Positions 28,101 through 40,478 of a DNA stretch of 64,000 nt are shown one piece after another. The translations under genes were made by a program, and so were the position numbers. The stretch is taken from assembly GCF_036321535.1 (NCBI RefSeq), contig NC_087446.1, forward strand, positions 62,806,001-62,870,000. The letters are read 5' to 3'. Every line of letters starts with the position of its first letter. Position 1 is the first letter of the stretch. Under the pieces are notes generated by a model. That model was not told where the DNA came from. It did no database searches and worked only from the letters and a program-made list of their open reading frames with translations. This stretch comes from Camelus dromedarius (taxonomy: Eukaryota).

Positions 28101-30138
28101 CTGTGGAAAGTTTGAGTGGGAGCACGGGTGTGTGGGTTCAGCCCTGGTGGGAAACCCTCCTCCCCAAGAAGTCCAGGATGTAGGGGAGATTGGGAAGGTG
28201 GGACAGAGGAGCACCAAGGCATCTCCTAAAATCAGGTCTGGGAGAGGGAAAGGGAGCTACCTCCACAATCTGCCCCAAGTCGTCCACGTACATTTTCTCT
28301 GTCTCTACCAGCTCACTCAGGACATACCTGGGGTGAGAACAACTGCTTGAGCCACTTCCTCCCTCCTGGACTAGAAGCCCCTTCATTACCACAGACAACC
28401 TCAGAGGATATTCCAAGTCTCAAATCTAAAATGTGAAGAACAGTCCTCTGGAAGTGGTGTGATTAGGGGAGTCGGGGAGGGAAAGTGTGGGTACACTTAC
28501 ATACTCCTTTCCAGAGCCTTCTTCTTCTGTTCTTCCTCACTCTCAGGAGCTTGGGACAAAGTCTCCTCTTCAGGTGGCTGGAAGGAAGAACATCCTAGAG
28601 TAAGCAGATGGATCCCTCTGGGTGAGGGGAGCCACCCTAGACTCATTTCTTCATACCTGCGTCTTATCCCCAGGGCCCCCCAACAATGTGGTCAGCAAGG
28701 TCAGTTCTGGCAGCTCCTCTCCTGAAGCTAGAGCTGGTTCCAGCATCCAGTTCTGGGGACCAGAAGTGAAGTCTCAAAGATCAGGGACAGTAGCAGGATC
28801 TCCCCAATGACAGGGGCCCCCAACCTGCCCTCTCTCCAGTGTCCTTCATAGATGTCCTTCATGCTTCTGTGGTGCTCCCTGCTCACCTCATACGGTCCAG
28901 CCCGGCCGCTGTCCGCCTCAGTTTCCACACTGAAACAATGTTTGGAATGATCCAACCATCTTCTCAGGCCACTGACTGGCCCTGGGGGGCCCGGGGAACA
29001 GGGACCAGAGCTGAGGCCAGAGCTGGGGCCAGAGGGGGCAGCCAGACCAGAGGCAGCTGAAGCCGAGATGCTCCCCTCACTGCCAGCAATGGAATAGGAT
29101 TCTAGTGTGGGAGTGAGGGAGAAAGGAGGTGATAGATATTGCTTCAGCTCCAGTTTCAGGGTCCCTGGGGAGCTCCCCAAGTCTCTACTCTGTGATGCTC
29201 AGCCCCACTCCAAGGCTCACTCTCTTGCCATTCTCATTTGAGTTGGCCAGGAGAGAAAATTTCACCAGGGCACCCTTGGGAGGAAGGACAGTAAACACCT
29301 GGCTCCCCAGGCCTGGAACCCCCAGTTACGTGTGGAGGTTCCCCCATACCCTGAGCATGGCACCAACATGGGGGTGGGGGCAGCCATCTGGGCAGACACT
29401 GGAAGCTGGGGGTGGCCATCTGCTCTCCTACCACCCTCCCCTTTCCAGTGGGTACAGACCATTCTCTGAGAATGGGGGGAGAGCAAGAGCTAAGAGCCCA
29501 TCTGCCACCCCCAGACCCTTCCTCCACCCATTGCAGTAATCACTATAAAAAGAAAAGATTTCTGCAGCCCACCTCCCCAACACATGCAAAAATCCAACAC
29601 GGGGCAAATGAGGAGAGCTCATCAGGGCTGTCCTTGGGCTGGACTCAGAGACAGCAGATGCAATCTGTGATAAGGCCCCTGGTAGACCCCCTCGTTCCTC
29701 ATTCCTCCTTCCCCCTGTCCCTCTGCAGATCTGAAGTAGATGCTCAGCAAAAGGATTGGAGGGAAGATGTGGTTGTAGGCCTACAGGGATTGTGGGTGGG
29801 TTTTTCTCATACCCAGTTGACTATGGGGAAGAGGAGTCCCCTGCCCCTTCCCCAATTTCCTTAACTTGAACTGACAGACGTGGAGGCAGAATGGATTTTA
29901 GAGATCATCTATTAAGTCACTTTCCTGGAAAACACAAGTATAGTCGCCAGCCTCTAAATCCCTAGGGCCAGGGCAAACAGACGTCCTGAACCATCAGCCC
30001 GCCCCCCACTCAACACTGGGCCCTCGCAACCTCGCACTCACCACGTCCCCCCCGGGCGAAGCAGCAGCCGCATTTTGCCAGCACTTTTCGGATCACATGG
30101 GGACAGGCACAGCGACTCCCCTTTTGCCCCTCCCGCAT
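25198..30138 (-). CDS. ARHGEF25: Rho guanine nucleotide exchange factor 25 (p63RhoGEF/GEFT), DH-PH, 580 aa isoform
   Basis: Exons 30138-30042, 29101-28887, 28752-28657, 28577-28501, 28327-28261, 28100-27997, 27802-27733, 27614-27525, 27427-27335, 27147-27097, 26906-26829, 26644-26444, 26300-26120, 25821-25610, 25308-25198. Total 1743 nt. DH motifs [15 protein letters not shown] and [18 protein letters not shown]; Gq-binding PH C-terminal helix [15 protein letters not shown]; C-terminus LAKLDEDEL*. Confidence 0.96.
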
Positions 30139-32050
30139 GGCGCCCGGGCCACCCCGCACCCCCCACCCGAGCCGGCCATGCAGGGGGAATCACGGGGGGC
30201 GGGGCGGGGACGGCGCAGGGCGCACACCCCCCCACCCTCCTACCCCGCTCCAGGCTGGGGAAGGGGGGGAGGGAGGGAACAGGGAAGAGGGGTCCAGGGG
30301 GAGGCGAAAGTCTGGTCTGCGGAGGGCTGGGGGCTTTGCAGAAAGGGCGGAGCGGGGCCTGGCCGCCGAGCTAGGCGGGGAGGGTTTCCGGAACCCAGTC
30401 GGTGCGGGGCCCAGGGTCCAGATGTCCGGCAGGGAGGGGAGGGATGGTGGAGGAGGCTGGGCCGGGTTGCGGCAGCCGCTCCGGCTCCGTCTCAGGCCTC
30501 TCAGGTTGGGGGTGGTTCTAGGTCCGGGGAGGGGAGGAGTCGGGGGCCGACTCCCCGAGTCACTGGCGCTGCGCGGGTCCCGGCCGAGCTGCGAGCCGAA
30601 TAACAGGCCCCGCCGCCCGGCCGCCGAGGGGAGGGGCCTCTGCGGCCCAGCTCCGCCCTCTACCTCCCGTTCCCTCTTCAGCCTGTGCGGGGTTCCCGCC
30701 CCAATCCCCCCTCCCCCAGGCACCACGGCGTTCCCACTCCACGTCCCCAGCGCCTCCGCCCCTCCTCTCCAGCCTGGGCTCAGTCGCCCCGGGTTCCCCT
30801 CCCTCCCGCATCTCGGGCTCTGACTGAGGAGCGCTGGGGTGGGGGTTAAGCCCGGCGGCAGGGTCTTCTCGGGTCTCCCCTCGCCTCTGCGGTGGAGAAG
30901 GGCGCGGCGGATGGGGCCTTGGCCTGCGCGAAGATGTCCTGGGGTTGGGACTGTCCCTAGCCGCGCATGGGTGGACAAGGCCCCCCAGAAGGGGGTGCGT
31001 GAATGGGGAGCTCTTTGTGGGGAACACAGCCCAGGTGCCGCCCCCTCGCCGGACCCTTCTTCCCTCTAGGCCCCGGGACTCCAGCTGAGGCTAATCACCA
31101 ATTAAGGCGAAGTCCTGGAGCCTGCTCTGGCGAGGGGCCAGGGGTGGGGCGCGGGGACAGTCCACCAGCAGGGGCTCGGGACCCACTGAAGTGGGGGGAC
31201 ACACAGCGGACTGGAGGGCGCCAAGAAGCGTGGAGAGCTCAGCGTTTAAGTGGGTCTCATGCAAATTAGATGCGAACATTTATGCTAGTAAGAGCAGCAT
31301 ATTTTTGAATCCGCCACTTTGCGCAGGATGGCAAACTGTGCCCCGCCCCACCCCACTCTCAGCTTACCGGGCAGCGGAGCCCAGGCGGGGACCTCACGTC
31401 CGCGCTCACCTCTCACATCCCCCTCTTTACAATTAGACTCTGGATCGGTATCCCCCGGCCCTAGGGGGCTTCTCTTCGGGGGCTGCAGGGATAGAATGAT
31501 CGTAAGAAACCCGCCCTCCACTCCCAGACCTGACCTCCTGCTTCCCCTCCTCCCTCCTGTCAAAATCCACTTCGTTATAAAAGGGTCGCCAAGGCTAGGG
31601 TGGAGGGAGTTCGTGCCTATGGTCCTCTTAGTGGAACTCTAGGATTCCTACGACTGCCCCAAGAATTCTTGTTTGCGGGTAAACTGAGTTCTGGGGTGCA
31701 GCCATCCTGAAGGCCCCTAAAGATCCCAGACACCACGGTGGCCCCCCTTTCTTACCCCCTCCGGCCCGGGTAGGGCACATGCTCGCAGCATGCCCCCCAT
31801 GACCTCCAGCATCCGGTCCGTGCGGCCAGGGGCGGGGCGGTCCGGGGGCTTCATGCTGGACCCCTACCCTCCTCCAAGTTTCAGAGCCGAGGGGGCACGG
31901 AAGCTGGGGGGCTCTGAGGCCTGCGCGCGTCCGGGGAGTTGCCCGCGCCGAACCCGCCCCCTGCCCGGCTCCGCCCCTACTCCCACCCCAGCCAAACTTT
32001 TCAAAAGTGGTAGGGTTGTTCCTTTCTCTACAACCCGTAGTTCAACACCA
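30000..32050 (-). promoter_or_regulatory. ARHGEF25: CpG island containing both ARHGEF25 promoters
   Basis: Extended GC/CpG-rich region covering both alternative first exons. Octamer ATGCAAAT at 31259-31266. Confidence 0.8.
31368..31854 (-). CDS. ARHGEF25: Alternative upstream first coding exons of ARHGEF25 (619-aa isoform)
   Basis: Exon 31854-31756 (MKPPDRPAPGRTDRMLEVMGGMLRACALPGPEG, donor GTAAG) and exon 31482-31368 (PPKRSPLGPGDTDPESN...WAPLP, phase-1 donor GTAAG) splice in frame to exon 29101. Total 1860 nt = 619 aa. Confidence 0.85.
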
Positions 32051-32280
32051 GACAAACCCCTCTTAATCCTTACTCCAACGTCGAAACACGATCCAGGGCT
32101 TTGCAGTGTCATCCTGGGGCCCACCAAGTATATGCCGTTTTGCCAGAGAGACTGAGGCGGCCCACAGAGAGTTCCCGAACACAGCCCCCTTCCCCTTCTC
32201 AGCAGGTCTGGCTCCCCACCCCACCCCCTCTCCGGTCCACGAAACAGAACGGGTGTGGCATAGAGAGTTGCATATTTTAC

Positions 32281-32292
32281 TTTATTTTTATT
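32281..32292 (-). terminator. DTX3: Tandem AATAAA polyadenylation signals of DTX3
   Basis: tttatttttatt on the plus strand, about 610 nt past the DTX3 stop codon. Confidence 0.8.
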
Positions 32293-32899
32293 AAATTAAA
32301 AGCTACAGTCTGGCGGCGATTCCAGAACAGGGTAAGGAGGCTCCTTATAGGGGGCAGAGAAGAGCGGGAGAAAGACTGACAGAGACACAGGAGAGGAAGG
32401 GCAAGGTTAAGGTAGAAGGCGAATTGTTTCGGAAGAACACACGCGGCCGGCTCCAAGGGGGCTCCCAGCAGCCGGATTCCCCCTCCCTCCGCACGGAAGT
32501 TCTACAGTGGGGCAGTATGTGAGGGTGGGGGGTTCAAGAGACCCTCCCCTCCCCACCCAGGTCCTTTCTCAGCTTAGTCACTGGAGCACAGCACATACCA
32601 GAAAAAGCCAAGGGCAATGGAGGGGGCGGGGAGACTGGGAGTATGTACACAGGGAGGAGGGGAGCAGAGCCTGGGACATAAGCCTCTGCCAGAAGGGAGT
32701 GGCTCACACTGCACTGAAGCACTCAGCCTGCGGGGGACTAGGGAAGGGATCACCCCTCCCTGTCTGAACTCCTTCCCCAGTAGACAGTCCCCTACTCGTC
32801 CCCTACTCGAGTGGTGTGGGGGGCAGAGGGAGAGAGAGAGCAGAGGCTTCCGTTGGGTCCTACTGGAGAACGGCAGGGGCCTCAAACAGGGGATGTCTT

Positions 32900-35594
32900 T
32901 CAGTCATCGGTGATGCCCTTGGCTCTCAGCTCCTCTTGCACCCGGGTCAGGTAGGTAGGGTCTGGGTACCCAAACCTGGGAGCAAAGAGAGATGAGGGTC
33001 AGGGTTAGCTGTTCAAGCTTACACTCATATTACCAGTCCCCTGTGCTCACCCTCATTCTGGTTCCCCATTCTGGCCCCTCCCCACCTCTCCTAAGGTTAT
33101 CCAAACTCAAGATAACTGAGCCCAATTCTGCTTATTTTTTGTAGGTTAAGCTGGGCACATCGGGACCGGCCTGAATATAGGAGAAAGTGGGATGGAAGAG
33201 AGGGTTGAACAGTTTGGGGGCAATCCTCTCCAATCAGGGGGTTGATGAGAGAGGGGATTGATGCTGTTCCCTCTGGGAAGGGAGAGAAGGGGAGGAGCCC
33301 AAGGGAAGGGAAANNNNNNNNNNNNNNNNNNNNNNNNNNNNNNNNNNNNNNNNNNNNNNNNNNNNNNNNNNNNNNNNNNNNNNNNNNNNNNNNNNNNNNN
33401 NNNNNNNNNNNNNNNNNNNNNNNNNNNNNNNNNNNNNNNNNNNNNNNNNNNNNNNNNNNNNNNNNNNNNNNNNNNNNNNNNNNNNNNNNNNNNNNNNNNN
33501 NNNNNNNNNNNNNNNNNNNNNNNNNCTCCTGGGTTTGGATGTTCAGCCTGTGGGGGCAGGGAGGCAGAGTGGGCAGTGAGCAACTGGGCATCTTAAGGCC
33601 CATGACACCAATGGAGAGGCATCCTGGCCAGCCTGCTAGCTGTGTGCTCCCAGCTGGCGGGGCAGGGACAGGCTGACAGCCTTCCAGGGAAGGAGCGGCT
33701 CTAGGGTCTGGCAGCACGAGCCTATTTCCAGATAAAACCCTTACTGTTAAAGAGGTCCTTTCTGCTGTCCCAATCCCTCAAGTCTCAATTCAGCAATAAA
33801 CTGAGTCTCAAAGTGATGGAAGGCAGCTGGTCCTTCCTCTCCAGATAACTCAGCAGACATGCGAAGACTGAGAATAATTTATCTTTCAGCCTTCCCTTCT
33901 CCACCGGAAAACAATCCCAACGTGTCTTCCACTGTCTAACCTGTTCCATTTTTCTGTTAGTCTCCTTCAGAGCTTCCTTATGCCTCTGCAAACTAGAACT
34001 GGACATTACTGTTTGTCAAGCAGGAAGACACCTGTAGGCTCTTGACCACTCCTGTTTTTAACCTTCCACTGTCATCAAGGTTTTCTCTCTCACAAATCTA
34101 GAATGGAGTAACATTCCCAGCTCTGTGAGAGGGGGTCAGACCCTTCCCACTGCGCCTACCTGCACCCAAGCCACCATTTCCACAGACTTCACCTCTACCA
34201 AGAATAGCTATCAACATCCAAGTTTATCAAGGAAATAGAATTGGATCCCTTTCTCTCATACAGGATTTTCCCGAGGGTCTTGGGGTCGTGGGGATGGAAA
34301 AGCTAGGCCTCAAGGGGGCGTCTAGCTCCAGGGCACTGAGTGGGAAGGCATAATGGGAGACAGCAAGACTGCATCACCGTCTAACAAACACACACCACTC
34401 TCCCAGTTTTCCTAGGTCAGAGAACGAGTGTGGGGAAAACCAAAGGGTAAGGACAAGTGGAAATCTTCTTACCCCCTGGACACCGGGCGGGAAGACGTAC
34501 TGGATGACGATGGTGCCATACTTCTCATAGCTGGGTAGCAGGAGTGTGGCATCCTTAGAGACCAGCATCCGCCCATTCTGGGGCTGGTTGCCCACCAGCT
34601 GCCCGTAGAAGCGGCCACACATGGGGCAGGCCTTTTTCACTTGCAGGGCCCGGGTGATGCAGCCCTCGCAGAATGAGTGCCGGCACTTCTCCAATGTCTT
34701 GGCGTTCTGGATCTCCCCGAGACAGATGGGGCAGGTGCTCTCCTGCTCTTCTGCCTCCTCCCGAAGGCGGGGAGGAAGAGGCGGGGGCAGGGGAGGAGGA
34801 GGTGGGGGAAGCCCGCGGGCCCCTGGGGGCAGGAGTGGGGCTGCTCGGAGAGGGGGTGGGCCTGGGCGGTGCAGCTCAGGGTGTTCCCCTCCACCCCCCA
34901 AAGCCAGGCAGCCCATAAGCTCCCCCTGCCTCTGAGCTTTCTTTAGCTCTTTCTCTGCCTCCTTTAGCAGCCCCTTGAGAGCCTTCCGGGCCAGGTAGAG
35001 CCCATTGGGAGGGGCCGGGGGCGGGCCCTGTGGGGAAAGCTGGAGAACATAGATGTCAGAAGTCTCGCCGTCTATGAGGATGGACACACGGTGCTCCTCC
35101 CGAAGCCGGGCCAGCCGGGCTGGGGTCTCCTTACTTAGGAAGTCCCACACAGGCTTGGAGACAGTCACTTTGTTCTTGCAGGTGCCTCCACAGGCTGCCA
35201 TTCTGGACAGGACGAACGACACTGCCCCCAGGGTGAAAGGGACTCAGGCTGGGGGGGGGTCCCCATTTGACAAGTACCAGTGCCTCCTACTTCAGGTTTC
35301 TTTTCCACCTCCACTGTCTCAAAGTCCAAGCCCCAGCTCCTCCCCCAAGTTCATTTTCTAATTCCTCTTATCTTTCAACCCCCAGCACCCACTGGAGAGC
35401 AAGAATGCTTCTATAACTTTATTATTATCATCTAAGGCAAGCATCAATCTTGTTTCTCCTACACACCTCCCAAGATCACAGAAGCAACCCTTCCCTCCCC
35501 CACCCCAGGTGGAAACTGGGATCTGTAAAAGGGAAGGAGACCTTTTGACCCTCCTTTTTGCTCACTTTGATCCTGAAGAGCTTAGAATTGGCAT
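32900..35594 (-). CDS. DTX3: E3 ubiquitin ligase Deltex-3 (Pro-rich, RING, DTC domain)
   Basis: Exon 35594-35566 ([10 protein letters not shown]). Main exon 35202 (or 35221) to 34473, with [43 protein letters not shown]. An exon starting at 33547 (AEHPNPG) has its remainder in the N run 33314-33525. Last exon 32975-32900 ([24 protein letters not shown]). Confidence 0.95.
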
Positions 35595-36839
35595 GCAGGC
35601 TCTCTCTCTCTGTCCCTGCTCCCTACTTGTAGGTTGTGTGACCTGGTGGGTGGAAAGGGAAAGAGGGAAAGTGAGAAATCCCTTCCCCCATTCCCACACA
35701 CCCCAACCCAGCAGCCCATGGAACGGAAACAGAACCTGGGTGTAAGTTACTGAAGATGGGGTTACTTGGAACATCGAGTGGAGGAAACCAATTTAAAAGT
35801 GAAAATTGAGGTTCTCATGGAAGGCAGGTACCTGGAAAGCCCATGGACGATGCTGACAGCTGCAGAAATCCCTGTTTGCACACTCAGCTGACCAGGACTG
35901 GGGGATGGGCAGAGTGGAGGGGTAAAAGGTTAGGATGACAAATATTACCATTTTCCCATCAGCCCAGAAACAAAACAAAAACTCCTCTTCCATTTCCTCT
36001 TCTTGTCTCTTGCAGAATTCCATCCCCAGGCTCTCGCCAAACTGCTAAAGAAGGAACTTCAACATGCTAACTTTCCTCTGTCTTCCTCAGCTCTGAGGCT
36101 CTTAAGAAAGCCTAGGGACACAGCTGAGAGGTCAGTAAGGGAAAAGCCCACACAGATAGAGGTCTTTTTTGCCACCTCCCTCAGATCACATGGACAAGAA
36201 TATTTCCTTTTCTCCTCAACTCCTCGCCCTGCTCCATGTTTCCAAATAATTCAGCCCCTATGCTGGAGAGCCTTCCTTGAGAGCTAACCCAGTCCCTTCT
36301 GCTGGAGTCTGGAATGCGGACGAAGTGACAGCAGCCCCTACAGTCACAAAGTTCTCACTGTCAGCTTTTAAACCCAGGACACGAAGTCCAAGCCTGTCAG
36401 CAACCTAGGCTGCATTTAGGGAGGGGTGGGGGCTCGCGCAGGGGATGGACTAGAGGAGCCTGTTTCCCCTGAGTCTTGCCGTGTTCAGCTAGGAACTGGC
36501 CCTACAGTACCTCCAAATGCAGCCCAAAGAGAAAGAAGGGCCGTTACTGTGACCTCAATTCCTTGGCTGATCCAAAGGGGAACAGCTCTCCTTTTGTGCT
36601 TCCATCGTAGTCCCCTCAAAGCCAGAGGCACCTCAAGATTCAGAAAGTGAAACTGGAACCCTAGAGCCTCAGGTCATACTGTCCATCCAGGTGGAACACC
36701 CCCTCCCCATATGGCAGAGGGAAGCCAGGACTTAAGTGTCCCTTGCTCCAAGTCCTGCTGGCACAGAAAAGGGAGGCGGGGCCACAGTTTATGCTGGGTC
36801 TCTGATTCCTCTGGGGCAACCCAGGCCGGACACAGGGCC

Positions 36840-37330
36840 AGTCCCTCCCGCCAGACAGAGGCCGGCGACAGGGGCAGCCGGGAAGGACCAGGATCCCTGG
36901 GGCATCAGCGGAGGCATCTCCACCCCTCCCCCCACGACATCCTGCAAGACCCGACCCGGAACCAACTCCCCAAATCCCCCTCTGGCCGGAGCCCCCGGAG
37001 TCCCACCACTGGGTGGGGGTGCATGTCGGCCCCATCGCGGGCCCCGGAACCCCCAAATGGAGGCCAAGGCTGGAGGGTAATAGAAAGAGGATCCGCCAGG
37101 CCCGGAGGGGCCCCCGGCGCCGCGCGCGGGGGAAGGAGGCGGAGGAGGGGGCGCAGGGGGAGCGGAAGGGCGCGCAGGGGGTGCGAGCCGGGCCCGGGGG
37201 GGGGCGCGCGGTGGGTGTGGGGGGCGCCGGGCTCACCTACCTCTCGTCAGCGCCGCCATTGCCGGTCACATGACTGAGGCTGTTGCTGGGATGACGGTCT
37301 GGGCCTTAGCAACAAGGGGGGGGGGGGGGA
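36840..37330 (-). promoter_or_regulatory. DTX3: CpG island / promoter and first exon of DTX3
   Basis: CpG-rich. Donor GAGAG/GTAGGTGAG at 37241/37240, YY1-like CAATGGCGGC at 37252-37261, M-box GTCATGTGAC at 37265-37274. Confidence 0.75.
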
Positions 37331-38707
37331 GACCCCGAGAAGGTGGGGATATTTTGCAGGGGGTGCAGACTGAGGGAAAGGGAAGAAGGGAGGATGGCAC
37401 CCCCTTTCCCCTCACAGGTGATAATCACCGTTTCCTCTGACCCCTTCAATCCACACGCCCCTGCCCCTCTGCCCCAAAACAAAAATGGAGGCGCCGTCCC
37501 AGTCTTTGGAGGGAGGGGGTGGTGTCGTGGAACCGAGGGTAGGAGGTTAAATCCCTTTGAGACGCCACCCTTCTCGTTCCCCCTCCTGGGAGGAGCTCGC
37601 CCCCTTTTCTTCTCCAGCCAGCTGTGTGGCGCCTTCTGGGAACTGGTGGTGGGTGGGTGGGTGAGAAGTGTCGGTTTAGGTAGATGGGGAAGAAGGGGTT
37701 GATTTTTCTGTGATCCTTTTTCTAGAAGGGCCTTTAACAAATATGAGATAGGAAGAGTCATAGTAAAAAGAAAACCATTGGTTCTGAAAAAAACAAAAAA
37801 ACAAAACAAAAAAAAACCCCAAGACTAAACTGTTTCAATCCCCTCTCTCATCTGCCTTTTCCTGGATTGTTACCTTCTGTGACACCCCCAAAACCTGCTC
37901 TCAGATGGGTATTGGTAAGTGCCTCTGATTTTTCTCTTTCCACAAACAGGGATACTCAGGCTGATGCAGAATGAGAAGTGAATACATTTTTTTAAAAAAT
38001 GCCTTAGAGTGGTGGTGGTCTCATGTCTATGGTTAAAATAGAGTTAAAAACTCTCAAGGGGAAAAAAAAACCTCTTCGCTGTTCTGCTTCCCACATCAGA
38101 GCAATCTCCACCCACAGTCCAACTCACTTCCCTGGGGCCACATCAGCCAGGTTTTTCCACCAGCCAAAAGACCTCCTTGGCCAAGCAGTACTGGATGGAT
38201 CTCCCAGACTGGCAGCAACCTCTGCTCGTCCACCCCCTTTGCACTCCCCCTCTGGGCTGGATGGTTGGTCACTTTCTTCTCCACTTTCCCAGGACCCTGC
38301 TGTACTCTTCCTGCCCTCCAGACACAGGACATCTTTCCCAGGAAGCCTGGGGGGAACACTGAATTCCTTCTCTTTTAGCTCATGTTCGTGCTGCTGATAG
38401 ACTTGCTCACCTTTACAGATTCGGGGTGTGATCTAGTCCAGAACCCTGGGGGAAAAGGGAGGGTCATACCATCTCAGTTGTCCCTGAACTCCCACAGAAT
38501 TGGAGAATGTTTTCCATTCCTATGCACACCCCTTGCAACCTTTCAAGTTCACAACTGTCTATCTAGGAATCCACATTCTTAGTTAGGGGCCCAACAACTT
38601 AAAGGTCAGAATTCTTCATCTGGTCTCTGCATCCCTAAGCACAGGCTTGCAAAAACGGGAGGAGAGGGGGAAAGAGGCATTTCTGTGAAGGAATTTGGAT
38701 TCAATAA

Positions 38708-38713
38708 TTTATT
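38708..38713 (-). terminator. PIP4K2C: Polyadenylation signal AATAAA of PIP4K2C
   Basis: tttatt at the end of an AT-rich block, about 1.77 kb past the stop codon. Confidence 0.7.
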
Positions 38714-40478
38714 TTCTATATAGTGACAGCAATGAGTAAATATACAAGATATTTTTAATTAATTAATAAAACAAAAAGGTGAAAAACGGAAGCAACAATG
38801 AAGAAAACCATAATGCTTATGATGTATCAGCCAAATGGTCAGAAAACCCATTTCTAAAGAACAGCAGTTGCTGGTGTCATGGAGTTTTATTGCATTCAAC
38901 AGGGGAAAGGAAGACGGCTGGAATGAAAAAGATCCATCAGGCTCCATCAGGAAGATAGCATAGGGGCTCCAATCCTTAACTGGGGACTCCTCTTGTTCCT
39001 TCCTTTGGAGCAGAAGATGGAGGAGAGGGAGCAATTCTCCTTTATGACCTCATGACTTCTTGTGAGACAGATCAGTCCAGCCAGATACAGAGCCAAGAGC
39101 CTTTGCACCCCCACAGGTTAGTTGCTGGTGCCCATCTTTGTTTTAGAGAAATGCAGAAGCCGGGGGGGGGGGGGGGGTGTAGAATCAAAAGAATGTCTGC
39201 TTTAGCCCCAGAGGCATTGGAGGGAGAGGAGGACACCATCTCAGCTCATCAGGGTCCTCCGCATTCTGAGAATATCACGCAGCAACTCAACTCTCTTTGG
39301 AGGGGGCTGGGTGATTGAGTTATGGCTCTGACTCCTCTCTGGGGGTGGAGAGTGAAGATGACAAAGAAGGCCATCTGTCCCCTGGGAGACACAGTAGCAG
39401 TATAAGATGGGACAAAAAAGAACAGAATAACAAATCCAACTGGAAAAAAGGGTTTCAGAAGGGGTGGGGGAAGGAAGTATACTAGGGCCACATTTCCAGG
39501 GAGTAGAGGAGGTCCCTACACGTGAGACCTCCATCTTCTTGAAATGACAAGGGCTGACCCAGATAGAGATATTCCTTCCCTTCTGTTAGGACTAAAACCT
39601 CAGGGATGGCCAGACATGAAGAAAGGAAATTTAACATGAGGAATGAGCCTTACAGCCCTGGCCCATCCTCCTAGCCTCCAGAACTGGCCACACCCACACT
39701 GAAGGGTTCCAGCCCCAGGAGGGATATGAGGTCCTGGTGAAGAGCAGCAATAGTCAAACGTTCCACCCTGGATTCAACACTTTGGTAGCCAGGCCATCTC
39801 TGGGCTCCTTCTTGACAGAGACCTTCTCCAGTTCCCTGCATAATCACAAGAGTCCTCAGAGGTCCCACCTCCATGAGGTGCCAGGCTGCTGAGCACTCTC
39901 CACCCCATCTTTTAAGATCAGCCACATCCCATCATGTGTACGCATGTCTGCACCCACATCTGTAGTATCTTGGAACATCTTCCATCCCAGGGCCTACTGG
40001 GAAGGAAGCATGCCACAATGAGCTCTATAAAGTTATCAGCAAAATTCAGACACTCTTAGTGCATCTCATATGACAGAGGGCATCCAGAGTAGTTGCTTGA
40101 GCCAGGTCCATCTGTCCAGTCAGGTCCTGAAGATGGCAAACAACCCCCTTCCCCCAGCTCCTCCTAGGTTATGGGAACAACAGGACATCTTACAAAGATC
40201 AAGGCACTTGGGAGCGTCAACAGTAACACTCTAATGAAGCAAGCAGACTTGTTGAGGGGAAGGGAGAGGAGGAGGGAAGGGGAGAGAGGTCAATGTAATT
40301 CCGAGGGCCAAGAAGAGCCTACTCCACAAGATGGAGTTATTTGGATGGAAGGCGCTTGTAGCCTAAAGTCAGCAAAGGAGGAAGAGAAGTGGCCAGGATA
40401 TCCACAATTGCCCCAAGCCTCTCAGAACCCCACCACCTGGAACATAAAGCAGCAGTCACCATGGAATCAGGCCGTCTC

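Noticed and set aside
30097-31027. 150-260 aa ORFs on both strands in the ARHGEF25 CpG island
   Set aside because: Stop depletion from very high GC content; no domain or codon signature.
33314-33525. Apparent disruption of DTX3 (and of KIF5A at 56277-56861)
   Set aside because: The missing coding sequence coincides with N runs of the expected length, and the visible edges are in frame with intact splice sites. These are not pseudogenes.
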